Assembly: GCA_965218085.1 (NCBI GenBank)
Contig: CBDCKF010000002.1
Location: 3,336,288-3,400,287 of the forward strand
Direction of reading: 5' to 3'
Source of the DNA: Terriglobia bacterium
Lineage (GTDB): Bacteria > Acidobacteriota > Terriglobia > 20CM-2-55-15
DNA: 64,000 nt
The notes under the pieces: model-generated
Seen by the model: the letters and a program-made list of their open reading frames with translations, nothing else
Database searches by the model: none
What the model was told of the DNA's origin: nothing
Part shown: piece by piece, positions 1 to 10,405 of the stretch
Position numbering within the stretch: the stretch's first letter is position 1
How the letters are laid out: each line of letters opens with the position of its first letter
Program-made: the position numbers and the translations under genes

Positions 1-1
1 G

Positions 2-814
2 GGCGATCGAGCCGCGCCTCAGATTGCCGAAGGTATTGATTATCTGAGCGGATCCAACGTAGACGTTGTCATAGTGACACGGGGCGGCGGATCGATGGAA
101 GATCTGTGGCCTTTCAACGACGAACGCGTGGCTCTCTCGATTTTCAACTGCGAGAAGCCGGTCATCTCGGCAGTGGGGCACGAAATCGACTTTACGATCA
201 GTGATTTCGTTGCGGATCAGCGGGCACCCACCCCAAGCGCGGCCGCGGAGATGGTGGTCCAGTCGAAAAGGGAAGTGCTGGAGAGCCTGGAAGTCGCCGA
301 GAGTCGGATTACGTCTTCCCTCCGCTACCGTTTGTCGGAATTCCGTCGTTTTCTCGCAGCGCGGGTCGGCGGGCGCGGATTCGTCGTAGCCGAGCAGAGG
401 GTTCGTCAGATGTCGCAGCGCGTGGACGAGGGCGTGTTCCGGCTGGAACAGTTTGCGAGGTCGGGCCGTTTTTTTTCATCGCGTGCTAACAATTTGGAAA
501 GGGCACAACTTAGCGTTTCGACTGCAACTCGGATGAAGCTGCAACGGTCAAAGGAACGATTTCGCGCGCTGACGGAGACTCTGGATGCTCTGAGTCCGCT
601 GGCGGTCTTGGAACGCGGATATGCGGTCTGCAGGATGGTTGATGGCGCCGTCGTGCGCTCTGCCGGCGATCTCCGGCTGGGGGCGGACATCGATGTCGTA
701 GTACGGGAGGGTGAAATCGCGGCGCGCGTCACGGGACTGAGAAAAGACAGGAGCAATCCGAAATTATTAGGGAACAGTCATGAACGACACAGAAATTCGA
801 AGAAAGGTCCTTGA
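2..814 (+). CDS. xseA: Exodeoxyribonuclease VII large subunit, C-terminal part (5' end lies outside the window)
   Basis: The frame of ORF 74..814 stays open to the window edge. The translation carries XseA-type motifs (VTRGGGSxEDLWxFN, ISAVGHExDxTISDFVADxRAPTPSAAAE). Confidence 0.8.
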   Translation, partial: GDRAAPQIAEGIDYLSGSNVDVVIVTRGGGSMEDLWPFNDERVALSIFNCEKPVISAVGHEIDFTISDFVADQRAPTPSAAAEMVVQSKREVLESLEVAESRITSSLRYRLSEFRRFLAARVGGRGFVVAEQRVRQMSQRVDEGVFRLEQFARSGRFFSSRANNLERAQLSVSTATRMKLQRSKERFRALTETLDALSPLAVLERGYAVCRMVDGAVVRSAGDLRLGADIDVVVREGEIAARVTGLRKDRSNPKLLGNSHERHRNSKKGP

Positions 815-1547
815 ACGGATCGGCCGCGCCATGGGCACATTCTCGATGCTCCGGAGTGGGGACAGAGTTGCCGTCGGTGTCTCGGGGGGTAAAGACAGTC
901 TCTGCCTCGTGCATGCACTCGCGGCCTATCGTCAGCGTGCCCCATTCTCTTTTGAAATTGTGGCCGTCACGGTGGAGCAGGGAAAGTTCACCAGATCTAT
1001 TGGAGGGCTCAAAGAGCCGCTTGAACGGTTGGGTATCGATTGGGTTCTCCGGGACGAACCGAGAACTATCGCATTGGTCGAGACCGGTGTCGAGCATGGC
1101 TGCGATGTGTGTAGCCGGAACCGGAGAAGCGCTCTCTATGCAATCGCATCAGAATTAGCTTGCACGGCCTTGGCGTTGGGTCACACGGCTGACGATTGTG
1201 CGGAAGCCCTCCTCAGAAATATTTTATTCAACGGCCGAATCGCCGCCCTGCCGCCGGTAGCCGAATCGCGCAAAGGGTCGATGCGTGTGATCCGGCCGCT
1301 GGTGTACGTTTCCGAGGAACTCACCCGCAAATACGTGGAGCAGGACGAACTTGTAGGTATCGGGTGTATTTGTGCTGAGAAAGCCGGGCCCCGCAATGAC
1401 ATTCGTGCTTTCTTGAAACAGATGAGCGAAGACTACGTCGACGTGCCCGAATCGCTTACGGCAGCCCTGGCGAATGTAAACCCCTATACGCTTTTCGATT
1501 CGCAGCTCCGGAAAGAAGGCGCCGATATTTCCCCCGCGTTTGTTTAG
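780..1547 (+). CDS. ttcA: PP-loop ATPase, tRNA 2-thiocytidine synthase (TtcA)-like
   Basis: SGGKDS PP-loop motif plus two Cys pairs (HGCDVCS and GIGCICA), which are typical of Fe-S TtcA-type enzymes. It overlaps the xseA end. Confidence 0.65.
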   Translation: MNDTEIRRKVLERIGRAMGTFSMLRSGDRVAVGVSGGKDSLCLVHALAAYRQRAPFSFEIVAVTVEQGKFTRSIGGLKEPLERLGIDWVLRDEPRTIALVETGVEHGCDVCSRNRRSALYAIASELACTALALGHTADDCAEALLRNILFNGRIAALPPVAESRKGSMRVIRPLVYVSEELTRKYVEQDELVGIGCICAEKAGPRNDIRAFLKQMSEDYVDVPESLTAALANVNPYTLFDSQLRKEGADISPAFV

Positions 1548-1737
1548 ATCGAGGGCTGGGTTGGGTAGCGACGCCCTTCCCCTTGCAAATTTGGCGTTAC
1601 AGGGCCGGGCGATTGAAGTGCGTTCTTGCCCGGAAAACCATCCAGCGGCGGAGACCCCAGTGAGCGGCCAACCACGGCGGCCGGCCATGGGCCGCGGAGG
1701 AAATATTTCGCCTACGACGCCCTCCAGAATAGCTAGC

Positions 1738-3472
1738 CCCTATATTTCACGGATAGGACCAGAAAAGGCCGCCCTGTTTGGCATAAAGCGTTTAACGAGA
1801 AACGTTTAAAAACCCAAACGGAGACGGCCCTTATGAGAACAGAGTGTAACCAAGCCACGTTCGAATTTCACGGACTTTTTCAACGGAAAGTGAAGGCGCG
1901 ATTCGACGGCGGAAAGATCACCTCCGACGCGGGTGTTCTGCTGTTGAGGGAAGTCGAGAAGCGGACGGGTTTGATCGCCGGACTGGAGCAGTGTTTTACC
2001 GATCACCGGGACCCGAGGTTGATCGAACACAGCGTGAAGGAGTTGTTGGGCCAGCGGATTTATGGGCTGTGCTTGGGCTATGAGGACCTGAACGACCACG
2101 ACCAGCTACGGACCGATCCGATGCTGGCCGTGGCGGTGGAGAAGGCCGATCCGCTGGGGGAAAACCGGCGGCAGGCCGGAGACCGGGGAAAGGCGTTGGC
2201 AGGCAAGTGCACGCTGAACCGGTTGGAACTGACCGCAGAGCAGGCCGATGGCCAGGAGCGGTACAAGAAGATCGCCATGGATGGCGACAAGATCGACCGG
2301 TGGATGGTCGACGCGTTTATCGCGGCCCACGAATCGGAGCCCTCTGAGATCGTTCTGGACCTGGATGCCACCGACGATACGATCCATGGCAACCAGGAAG
2401 GACGGTTCTTTCACGGCTACTACGGCCACTACTGCTACCTGCCGTTGTACATCTTCTCGGGAGAACATCTGCTGTGCGCCCGGCTCCGGCGTTCCAACAT
2501 TGACGGGGCCGACGGAGCGGTGGATGAGTTAGAGCGCATCGTCGGTCAGATCCGACAGGTGTGGCCCACAGTATCGATCATCATCCGGGCCGACTCGGGC
2601 TTTTGCAGGGATGAACTGCTCGCCTGGTGTGAATCCCATCCGGTCGATTATGTGATCGGGTTGGCCAAGAACAGTCGTCTCAAGCAAGAAATCGCTGAAG
2701 AAATGGTTCAGGCGGAAGCGGAGTTTAACGCCACCGGGAAACCGGCGCGGGTGTTTAAGGATTTCCAGTACCGGACTCTAAACAGCTGGACCCGCGCGCG
2801 ACGCGTCGTCGGCAAGGCGGAGTTCCTGGACAAGGGCGCCAATCCCCGATTCATCGTGACCTCCCTGCCGCCGGAACGCTTCCAAGCCCGCGCTTTGTAT
2901 GAGGACTTCTACTGCGCGCGGGGCGACATGGAGAACCGTATCAAGGAACAGCAGTTGGACCTATTTGCGGACCGGACCAGCGCGGCGACCATGCGCGCCA
3001 ATCAGCTCCGGCTCTATCTCTCCTCAGCTGCGTACATGCTCATGCATGCCCTGCGACGCCTCGGGCTCAAAGATACCGCGATGGCCCATGCCCAGTGCGG
3101 GACCATCCGTCTGAAGCTTCTCAAAATCGGCGCCCGAATCCGCCTGACGGTCCGCAACGTCTGGATCTCGATGTCGGAGGCCTATCCCTATCCCGAAACC
3201 TTCGCCCTTATCATGCGGAACCTGCAGTCGATTCCGCTTCGTTGCTGACGACACGATTCACCCACAACCGAAAAACTCACTTCTTCATCTGCACAGGGCC
3301 GAGGTCTGCCTCCACACGCCGAATCATGTCCCTGTCGTGCCAAACGAGTCGACCTCACGTCCTCAACAACGACTGATTCCCCCGATTCACCGACTCCAGG
3401 ATTCAGAACTCGCCGCAATTCGTTTCTCGTACCCGAAAACCAGCCGATTCCCGGATTGGTGACCCATCCGGG
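1738..3472 (+). mobile_element. IS1380-family-like insertion sequence, copy 1 (~1.73 kb), flanked by CTAG at 1734-1737 and 3473-3476
   Basis: One transposase ORF. The left end (CCCCTATATTTCACGGATAG) and right end (...CCATCCGGG) are each followed or preceded by CTAG. A ~35-bp block (GGACCRGAAAAGGCCGCCCTGT) is conserved upstream of the transposase in both copies. Confidence 0.6.
1833..3248 (+). CDS. DDE transposase (IS1380-family-like)
   Basis: 471 aa. Conserved block LCLGYEDLNDHDQLR and an acidic DDE region. It is ~70% identical to the ORF at 17508..18962. Confidence 0.85.
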   Translation: MRTECNQATFEFHGLFQRKVKARFDGGKITSDAGVLLLREVEKRTGLIAGLEQCFTDHRDPRLIEHSVKELLGQRIYGLCLGYEDLNDHDQLRTDPMLAVAVEKADPLGENRRQAGDRGKALAGKCTLNRLELTAEQADGQERYKKIAMDGDKIDRWMVDAFIAAHESEPSEIVLDLDATDDTIHGNQEGRFFHGYYGHYCYLPLYIFSGEHLLCARLRRSNIDGADGAVDELERIVGQIRQVWPTVSIIIRADSGFCRDELLAWCESHPVDYVIGLAKNSRLKQEIAEEMVQAEAEFNATGKPARVFKDFQYRTLNSWTRARRVVGKAEFLDKGANPRFIVTSLPPERFQARALYEDFYCARGDMENRIKEQQLDLFADRTSAATMRANQLRLYLSSAAYMLMHALRRLGLKDTAMAHAQCGTIRLKLLKIGARIRLTVRNVWISMSEAYPYPETFALIMRNLQSIPLRC

Positions 3473-4279
3473 CTAGTTCTCTCCCAGGGCGTCTTGCCTC
3501 CACAGCGTCCAGGCTCGCTGGTAGTTGTCTGGAGTACCGGTCAACTCAACTTCCTCCGGTGTGAGGTAGGTGACGGGACCGCCGAGCCCCATCGCCTGCG
3601 CCTGCATCGCCGCATTTATCGCGAGATAGATGCTCTGACCAACAGCGATCGGCAGGGACGGTCCGACGATGGCGGCGCCGTGGCCGCGCATGAGTACCGC
3701 AGGCCGGTCGCCCAGAGTCTCTGCCAGAACTTCTCCGATGGCCTGGTTTGAGACCAGCATGTCGGTCATCCCCGCGGCGTTTCGGATCTCGAATATGGGC
3801 AAGCCTTGGCCAATGAACGCAGACATATGAAACATCGCTCGAAGCGGAACGGTGGTCGTACCGAAGGGGACTACCGAGGGGGCATGCGAATGGACAACGG
3901 ATTGCACGTCCGGACGCCGCTTGTAGATCTCGCTGTGAATGTACCGCTCCCGGTACGTGGTTTGGTCGGAATCGAGGACGTTGCCGTCGAGATCCAGCAC
4001 AAGGATGTCGCTGGCCACCACGCTTTCCGGAGCCATCGATCGTGACAGGAAAAACTGGTCTGGATTGTCCGGATTTCGAACACTGACGTGTCCATAGCCG
4101 TCGACGACTCCCTGATCTGCGATGATGCGGTTGGCGGCAACAAGATCCTCGATGATCGCCGGGACCTCCGGAGCCGGTGGTGCCGTCGCCGGAGAAGACG
4201 TTTCCACAGGCATGTTGCTGCACTGCGCCGTCACAAGTACCCCACCGGTAATCAAAACCGTAAGAACAAATGTTCGCAT
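3473..4279 (-). CDS. Class II aldolase/adducin-family protein with lipoprotein-type signal peptide
   Basis: HSH metal motif (VVHSHAPSV) and GHVSVR region typical of the fuculose-phosphate aldolase fold. The N-terminus MRTFVLTVLITGGVLVTAQCS looks like a lipobox. The stop codon overlaps the IS copy 1 flank CTAG. Confidence 0.7.
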   Translation of the reverse strand: MRTFVLTVLITGGVLVTAQCSNMPVETSSPATAPPAPEVPAIIEDLVAANRIIADQGVVDGYGHVSVRNPDNPDQFFLSRSMAPESVVASDILVLDLDGNVLDSDQTTYRERYIHSEIYKRRPDVQSVVHSHAPSVVPFGTTTVPLRAMFHMSAFIGQGLPIFEIRNAAGMTDMLVSNQAIGEVLAETLGDRPAVLMRGHGAAIVGPSLPIAVGQSIYLAINAAMQAQAMGLGGPVTYLTPEEVELTGTPDNYQRAWTLWRQDALGEN

Positions 4280-5008
4280 CGTTCTGTCTCCTTTTTTAGA
4301 GCCCGCCTGCGGCTGCGACTGGACTGATCTGCCCACGCCGACGTGATGCATATTGTGATTTCTTAGCTTGAGGTCTGCGTATCATAGCATGTCATACGCG
4401 ACGTCCGTCGGGCCCTCGTTCACCGCTCAATTTGAGTGGTCCCCGATGGTCCGAAGCCGACCACCTGGATGACGACCTCGCCCTCCTCGGCCCAGACGAA
4501 ATGGGTCGGGTCGCCAGGTTCGGTCCAGACACTTCCAGCCGGGAGCGCCCGCATCGCTTTATCGTATCTGCATACGCCCTCAGCTATAGCGGGTTTCCTT
4601 GCCGGAGAGTGGGGGTGCGCCCGATACCACAGTTGCTACCACACAACAGCCCGAACTACGGGAAATACGAGCGAACACCACAGACTTAACTAATTGAACG
4701 GAAAGGACGTGCTGTCATTTGTGGGGCCTAACCCATAACGGCAAATTCGACATATCAGGCGCTTAGAGAAGGGGTGGCAGGTATGCCAGATATGGGATCG
4801 ATCAGCTTCCTGACAACCTGGGATTCTCGCCCTCGACACGCGCAGGCGTATCGACATGGTGGTAGGTACGGAGAAGCTCACTCGAGGTGCAATGCCCTTC
4901 CTCGTTCGGTCGAGGGCTCTTATTTCGCCTTTACTGCACCGACGCCAAGCCCAATGGCGCTGGCGTCTACTGACAATATCGCCCGTCCGTACTTATGGAC
5001 GGCGCCGA

Positions 5009-5851
5009 CTAAGTAGGCCGATGCGCCCGGAGAAAGGAGCGTACCTGGCGCACTGCCACGGGAATCCGCTCCGGAGGCTCCTTCCACGGGAACATGCTGA
5101 CTTCAGCGTTCGGCGCGAGCATCGCGGCCTCCATGGCTATGGCGTACACATGCGCCGGAGTGTCATCCGGCATGATGAGTAGGGGCGTCTGGCAATTGCG
5201 CACGAAATCGCGGTCCACGGTGATGACAAAGTCGATGTTGCGGTACATATTGGTCAGAAATTGGTCGACCATCTCCATCGTGATGTCGGGCCGGCGCTGG
5301 ACCAACTCAGGGCCCCAGCCACTCATGTTGTTGTTGTAGAAGCGGTCGGGCTCTTCCGCGTTGAACCCACTGGGCTGCGCCAGCACGGCGGCGGCGACAC
5401 GATCCGGAGCCCGCTTGAGCAGGTTCCAGACGAAGGGGCCGCCGACGCAGAAACCCATTACCATAAACTGATCGATGCCCAGGTGATCCATCAGACCGAG
5501 GTGGTCATCGGCATAGGAATCCCACGGCCTGTCGATCTCGAGCGGACCCGAGGACTGGCCGCGATTGGAGTTGCGCAGATCCGACGCGATGCAGCGGAAC
5601 TCTCCCCTGAACTCTTCGATCGCGTTAAAGGGGCGGGCTAAGCCGGATATCGACGAGTTCAAACCCCCGCCGGCGATGAGCAATAACGGGAAGCCAGAAC
5701 CGAACTCCTCATAGTGAATGCGAACGGGGCCTCTTTCGTAGAAAGAGCCAGTGCCTTCCTGCCCAGTCTGCTGAGCGAACACGCGCGGCGCTGCGGCCAT
5801 CGCCGTCGCCGCAGCTCCTGCTTTCAGTATATTGCGTCTGATCGGATCCAT
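5009..5851 (-). CDS. Alpha/beta-hydrolase-fold protein with Tat-type signal (RRNILKAGAAA)
   Basis: Twin-arginine motif at the N-terminus. Nucleophile-elbow-like GFCVGG (Cys in place of Ser). Length and pattern fit the alpha/beta hydrolase fold. Confidence 0.65.
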   Translation of the reverse strand: MDPIRRNILKAGAAATAMAAAPRVFAQQTGQEGTGSFYERGPVRIHYEEFGSGFPLLLIAGGGLNSSISGLARPFNAIEEFRGEFRCIASDLRNSNRGQSSGPLEIDRPWDSYADDHLGLMDHLGIDQFMVMGFCVGGPFVWNLLKRAPDRVAAAVLAQPSGFNAEEPDRFYNNNMSGWGPELVQRRPDITMEMVDQFLTNMYRNIDFVITVDRDFVRNCQTPLLIMPDDTPAHVYAIAMEAAMLAPNAEVSMFPWKEPPERIPVAVRQVRSFLRAHRPT

Positions 5852-5974
5852 AATCGACGTCTCCCTTGAACTGTTGTGGTCGGTGGCTGCGGCTCAAAAC
5901 GCCAGAGCGCTGTCGGTTTGAGCTTCGAAATATATCATGGTCTTCCCGGAAGAGCGGGCCGAATTGGAAGAAAC

Positions 5975-6135
5975 CGAGCGCACCAGAATCAACATCGTCC
6001 TAAACGGGTTTGAGGAACTGAAGGAACGGGTGCCGGATCCCTGATTCTTCGGTTCAAGGTAACGACAAAGCCTCTTGTCGTAAGTTGAAAACCCACTGTA
6101 TTTCACCCAATTCTCAATTACCGAAAATATCGTTT
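5975..6135 (+). repeat. Modular intergenic repeat, copy X (modules 1,3,4)
   Basis: Shares AATCAACATCGTYCTRAAC...GAGGAAYTGAAGGMACRGGTGCC and CCTCTTGTCGKAAGTTGAAAA / TCTCAATTRCCGAAA...CGTTTGTC with copies at 12880 and 10215. Confidence 0.6.
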
Positions 6136-6466
6136 GTCACGAGTGGATATCGGCCGTTTTGATTGACCTCAAATTCTAACTGTAGTCTTATTCATCCCAT
6201 GCGATCTGATTCCAAACTGGGTCATCACGAGATGCCGTCAACTCTCGTCAACGGTGGAATGGGTCTGGTTTCGCGTGGCATGGGCAGGACATGAGCCTGG
6301 GATGTGAAGTTGCGATCAAGACCTTACCCAAAGAATCCGTGATACCGACAGGTTGGGGCAGTTTGCTCGAGCAGCAAGGCTGCTGGCGTCGCTCGGTGCA
6401 GAACCGCGATGTTGAGGTGTCGTTGAAAGACAGGAATATTAGGGTTCGTCAGCAGAGGAGGCCCGA

Positions 6467-8386
6467 ATGAAACTTGAACTGCGTGCTTTCGTGACAGCGT
6501 TGATAATTGCCGGTTTAGCCACTGGGTTGATGGCATTTTTCGCCGAGGCCCGACAGGTGCCGGTCCAGGATCAGCAGCCTGCCGGATCTGCGCTTCGACC
6601 TGCTGTGATGGGCCCGTCCGGCGGTGTATCCACGGGTCACCCGCTGACGACGGCTGCGGCCTTTGGCATCCTCCTTAAGGGCGGGAACGCATTTGACGCT
6701 GGAGTCGCGGCCTTGCTGGCAGGCGGAGTGCTCGAACAGGATCTCTACAGTCTCGGAGGCGAGGCGCTCGTTCTGGTCTACCCGACCGGGGACGGGAGAG
6801 TTACGTCAGTGGTCGGTCAAGGCTGGGCGCCGGGCGAGGTAAACGTCGATTGGTACCGATCGAAGAACAAGACTCTCGAAGGTGAAGGACTCGATCCTGC
6901 AGTTGTGCCGGGCGCTGTCCACGCGGCGCTCACAGTGCTCGAGCGGTGGGGAACAATGAGCTTTGAACAGGTTGCCGCACAGGCGATCGAGTACGCCGAG
7001 AACGGTTTTCCGCTCCGTCCGAGCACGGCTCGGGCGATTCGGAACCAGCTTCGATTCTTCGAGGGTTGGCCAGACAACCAAGAATACTGGTTCAAACCGG
7101 ATGGGTCCCTCTACGAGGCCGGCGAGACGATCAAGCTCCCGAGTCTGGCTAGAACGCTAAAGCGAATGGTTGAGGCCGAGCGTGGCTCGAGTTCCGGCGG
7201 ACGAGCGGCCGGGATTGTCGCCGCGCGCGATCTCTTCTACAAAGGTGATATTGCGCGGGAGATGGTCGCGTTCCTGCAGAACAACGGAGCCCCGTTCTCC
7301 TATCCCGATTTTGCCGAATTCTTTGCAAGAATTGAGGAACCGGCAAAAACGACCTACCGTGGTTACACGATATACAAACATGGTTTCGGCAGTCAGGGTC
7401 CCGCTCTCCTTGAAACACTCAATATTCTCGAGAATTTCGACCTGAAATCGATGGGATATGCCAGTGCAGATTATCTCCACACCGTGGCCGAAGCGATGAA
7501 GTTGGCTTTCGCGGATAGGGATACCTATTATGCGGATCCCGCATTTGTGGCTGTGCCCTCTGAGGGGTTGCTGTCGAAAGAATACGCAAGCGAGCGGGCG
7601 AAACTCATCGACCCGCTACACGCTTCCAGGTCCTTTGTCGCCGGTGACCCGCTGCCCTATGATTCGAACGTTGATCAGTGGAACTACTGGAAAGCCGAAC
7701 TTGAGGATGCCGCCACAGATCAAGCCGAACTGGAAGCCTCTGTTCCGCACATGCTGGCCTCACTCGGTCAAGACTCCACCGGCGTCATGAAGGACACGAC
7801 ACACATAGCAGTCATCGACAAAGACGGGAACGTTTTCGACGTAACGCCCAGCGGCGGCTGGATTGGTGGTGCAGTCATCCTCGGAGATACCGGAATAGGC
7901 ATGAGCGTTCGCGGCGAGCAATTCTGGCTGGATAGTACGCGGGCAAACCAGATCCGACCACACGCGCGGCCACGGTATACGTTGACGCCAACTCTCGTTT
8001 TCGACGGTGACCTGCCGATGATGGCTCTGGGAACACCGGGCGGTGACAACCAGGAACAGACTATTCTGCAAGCTTTTCTCAGCATCGTTGAGTTTTGGGA
8101 CGACTGGTATCCGAATCTGCATGCGGCTTTAGAGCGGCCGCGGGTCCAGACCCTACACTTGTACGGTTCGTTCTGGCCACACTCGGCTGGCTTCAACCGG
8201 CTGAGGGTCGAGGCCCCGATTCCAGATGTTGTCTATGACGAGTTGCGAGCCCGCGGGCACGAGGTGGACCGACTGCGTACTTTTGGAATGTCCGGGTGCG
8301 CCACGGCCGTCATGATTGATCCGCTCACCCAGAATCGTCTGGCAGGTGCTGACCCACGCCGAGACTGCTACGCGATTGCGTACTAG
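6467..8386 (+). CDS. ggt: Gamma-glutamyltranspeptidase family protein (secreted)
   Basis: 639 aa with an N-terminal signal. Catalytic Thr motif DTTHIAVIDKDGN and the GGT large/small subunit pattern (TPGGDNQ...). Confidence 0.9.
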   Translation: MKLELRAFVTALIIAGLATGLMAFFAEARQVPVQDQQPAGSALRPAVMGPSGGVSTGHPLTTAAAFGILLKGGNAFDAGVAALLAGGVLEQDLYSLGGEALVLVYPTGDGRVTSVVGQGWAPGEVNVDWYRSKNKTLEGEGLDPAVVPGAVHAALTVLERWGTMSFEQVAAQAIEYAENGFPLRPSTARAIRNQLRFFEGWPDNQEYWFKPDGSLYEAGETIKLPSLARTLKRMVEAERGSSSGGRAAGIVAARDLFYKGDIAREMVAFLQNNGAPFSYPDFAEFFARIEEPAKTTYRGYTIYKHGFGSQGPALLETLNILENFDLKSMGYASADYLHTVAEAMKLAFADRDTYYADPAFVAVPSEGLLSKEYASERAKLIDPLHASRSFVAGDPLPYDSNVDQWNYWKAELEDAATDQAELEASVPHMLASLGQDSTGVMKDTTHIAVIDKDGNVFDVTPSGGWIGGAVILGDTGIGMSVRGEQFWLDSTRANQIRPHARPRYTLTPTLVFDGDLPMMALGTPGGDNQEQTILQAFLSIVEFWDDWYPNLHAALERPRVQTLHLYGSFWPHSAGFNRLRVEAPIPDVVYDELRARGHEVDRLRTFGMSGCATAVMIDPLTQNRLAGADPRRDCYAIAY

Positions 8387-8388
8387 CA

Positions 8389-8420
8389 GGATGCTGAAAA
8401 AGCCTTCCTTGGCTTTTTCA
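8389..8420 (+). terminator. Perfect hairpin GCTGAAAAAGCC-ttcctt-GGCTTTTTCAGC immediately after the ggt stop
   Basis: 12-bp perfect stem seen directly. It is followed by three more hairpins up to 8545. There is no clear U-tract, so terminator function is inferred. Confidence 0.45.
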
Positions 8421-8546
8421 GCGTCGCCACTCGCGAGGCGCGACTCCCTCGTGGCTCACATTTTCAATGGCTTGCAGCCATCGAAAATGGCGGCACGTCC
8501 TGTGCCGCAGCGCAGACTGTCGAAAAACTGAGTTTTTCAGCAGCCT

Positions 8547-8824
8547 GCTAGTGGCCTGTACCACCCGAATCGGGAGCAGCGCCGATGGGTCTTGCCGGGG
8601 AGATCGAGGCGCGAGCCGGAAGTCGATGTCTTCACATCGACGACGGCTCGCAACAAAGATATCGTCGGCAACCCCCATCGGCCCAAAGGGTTCGGGCGTT
8701 ACGGCATTGTCTTCGTTGTCGTCGCCGCCTCGCAATGTAGGGCCCTTTACTCGTTGCCGACTCCTAAAATCCAACGCCGTTTGGCCCGAACCCTGCTCCC
8801 GATTCGGGTGTTACAGGCCACTAG
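8547..8824 (-). repeat. Structured MITE-like repeat, copy A (inverted relative to copies B and C)
   Basis: Bounded by CTAGTGGCCTGT... / ...ACAGGCCACTAG terminal inverted repeats. ~95% identical to the reverse complement of copy C. Confidence 0.8.
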
Positions 8825-9034
8825 TCGATCAATCGAGAAGGTGAGGCCAATCGCCGCACAGACTGATTTGAGCTTGTTGCCGGAGAATCTCCATGCCTCT
8901 TCGAGAGACAGTCAGACGTCGTAAGTGCCTTGGACCGATGCCACAAATGTTTCTCGCTATCAGTTCTCGGGTCGGAAGAGGCAGTTCGTGACCGTCCGAA
9001 CGCGATCCGAGGCCACGACTTCAGCCCACCTCAA

Positions 9035-10087
9035 TCACTGATCGGTTTGACAATCGTAGACCCGAATCGAATCTCCGAGAGCCTGCCAATAACCTTCTAT
9101 GGTAGCGGGTTCAGTGAAGGTTTCCGGATCAGTTACTGTGATATGGAAATCCAGACGGCTCTGATCGTTGCTCACTGTAAACCGTTCCACGATCTCGACT
9201 GCCTCGCTTTGTGGCGTACCGATGGTGTCGAAAAAGGGCCAGTTAATACGACTGGTTCTAACGACCAAGGTTCCATCTTGCCACTCTCCTGCCGAGTACC
9301 CCAGCCTTGACGCGGGTTCGTTGGAGGAGGGCTCGGATTGATTCAGATGGATCGTCCGCTCGATGTCGTACAACTCGGTCCTCAGCGTAATCTGGTCCCC
9401 TTGATCGACGAACTCAAACGGATGGGGGTTGACCATGATTCTCGGCATGCCTTCTGGCTCGCAACGGGTTGCGAAATTATCGAACATGTCCCATGACTCC
9501 CTTGCGGCAATCGCGGAATCCTGATACGGCAGGTGGGCAACTCGACGAGCAGATCCACGTGGAACACTCCAGACGCGGAAAATCCCCTCGCCGTCTCCGG
9601 TTAAGTCGCTATTCAATCCACGTTCAACCAACAAATCTCGAGTGCCAAGTATCTCATCCGACCATCGAGGCTGAGTTCCCCAGAGCAACACCTCACGCCC
9701 ATCTAGGAACAAAATGTTGGTGGCGAGAAAGTCCAGCTCGTCGCGACTCGATCGCCGCCCGGCCACCGTCACACGCTCGCCAATTCTGAACAAATCTTGG
9801 GTTACGCCTTGGCGCTGCAAGTTGTAAATAGAATTCCCATGCATGATCCGAACCTCTTCCTCACCGTCGGAATTCATGGTTTTCAGAGCGAGTCTGACGT
9901 GTGGATTTCTCCACACTAAACCCACAAGTTCGCCTTCCGCTTCCGTGATTTCGTCGAGGTAACCCGCAACGGAATGATGAGCCGACACGACGACAGGCCA
10001 AGAAAAGAACGTACCAGCCATCGCGAGGGCACCAAAGAGGAATCCCCTTCCAATCCATTTCCGTCGTAGCGCGATGCGCTTCCACAT
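9035..10087 (-). CDS. Secreted hypothetical protein
   Basis: Signal peptide MWKRIALRRKWIGRGFLFGALAMAGTFFSWPVVVSA if the start is at the internal Met. No recognisable catalytic motif. Confidence 0.5.
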   Translation of the reverse strand: MWKRIALRRKWIGRGFLFGALAMAGTFFSWPVVVSAHHSVAGYLDEITEAEGELVGLVWRNPHVRLALKTMNSDGEEEVRIMHGNSIYNLQRQGVTQDLFRIGERVTVAGRRSSRDELDFLATNILFLDGREVLLWGTQPRWSDEILGTRDLLVERGLNSDLTGDGEGIFRVWSVPRGSARRVAHLPYQDSAIAARESWDMFDNFATRCEPEGMPRIMVNPHPFEFVDQGDQITLRTELYDIERTIHLNQSEPSSNEPASRLGYSAGEWQDGTLVVRTSRINWPFFDTIGTPQSEAVEIVERFTVSNDQSRLDFHITVTDPETFTEPATIEGYWQALGDSIRVYDCQTDQ

Positions 10088-10214
10088 GTCTCTCCCTCCA
10101 AATTCGGTGATGTCCGTCAGACGAATAAACGAGGATGTGCTGAATGTCAACCTTTGTGTATCTCAATACTGCCTGGGCCGTGAATCATGCTGTCCCAACA
10201 GGGTCGGCTGTCAG

Positions 10215-10300
10215 TCCTGTCCAACCTTCGAAATCCATTTTCAAGTCCTGACAAATCCGCCAGCTCTTGTCGGAAGTTGAAAAATCGAACGCTCTACTTT
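10215..10300 (+). repeat. Modular intergenic repeat, copy Y (modules 2,3)
   Basis: GAAATCCATTTTCAAGTCCTGA plus CTCTTGTCGGAAGTTGAAAAA, and an internal hairpin CGGAAGT...ACTTTCCG. Confidence 0.55.
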
Positions 10301-10405
10301 CCGAAAGCCGATCGTGCTTCCAGTAGAGGCGGCTCCGTCGTCCATAACGCCAGACGCAGGCGGCAGCACCTTGCCTGGCTGTTGCAAGACGAAAGGCCCG
10401 TTAGT

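Noticed and set aside
406-1097. Antisense ORFs (406..756, 729..1097 and many similar ones throughout, e.g. 7760..8196, 20085..20672, 34248..34931, 47955..48341, 61696..63063) overlapping well-supported genes
   Set aside because: High GC content gives long open frames on the opposite strand. They have low-complexity Arg/Pro/Ser-rich translations, no motifs, and complete overlap with genes that do have recognisable domains.
4436-4573. 45-aa cupin-like mini-ORF on the minus strand (MRALPAGSVWTEPGDPTHFVWAEEGEVVIQVVGFGPSGTTQIER)
   Set aside because: Too short and without a convincing RBS. It may be a gene remnant in the 730-bp gap between the aldolase-like and alpha/beta-hydrolase genes, but the evidence is insufficient.
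8418-8774. ORFs inside the MITE-like repeats (8418..8774, 8592..8924, 30980..31234, 28811..29065) with near-identical MDFRSRQR... translations
   Set aside because: The frames are not conserved across copies B and D. The sequence conservation is better explained by the nucleic-acid structure.
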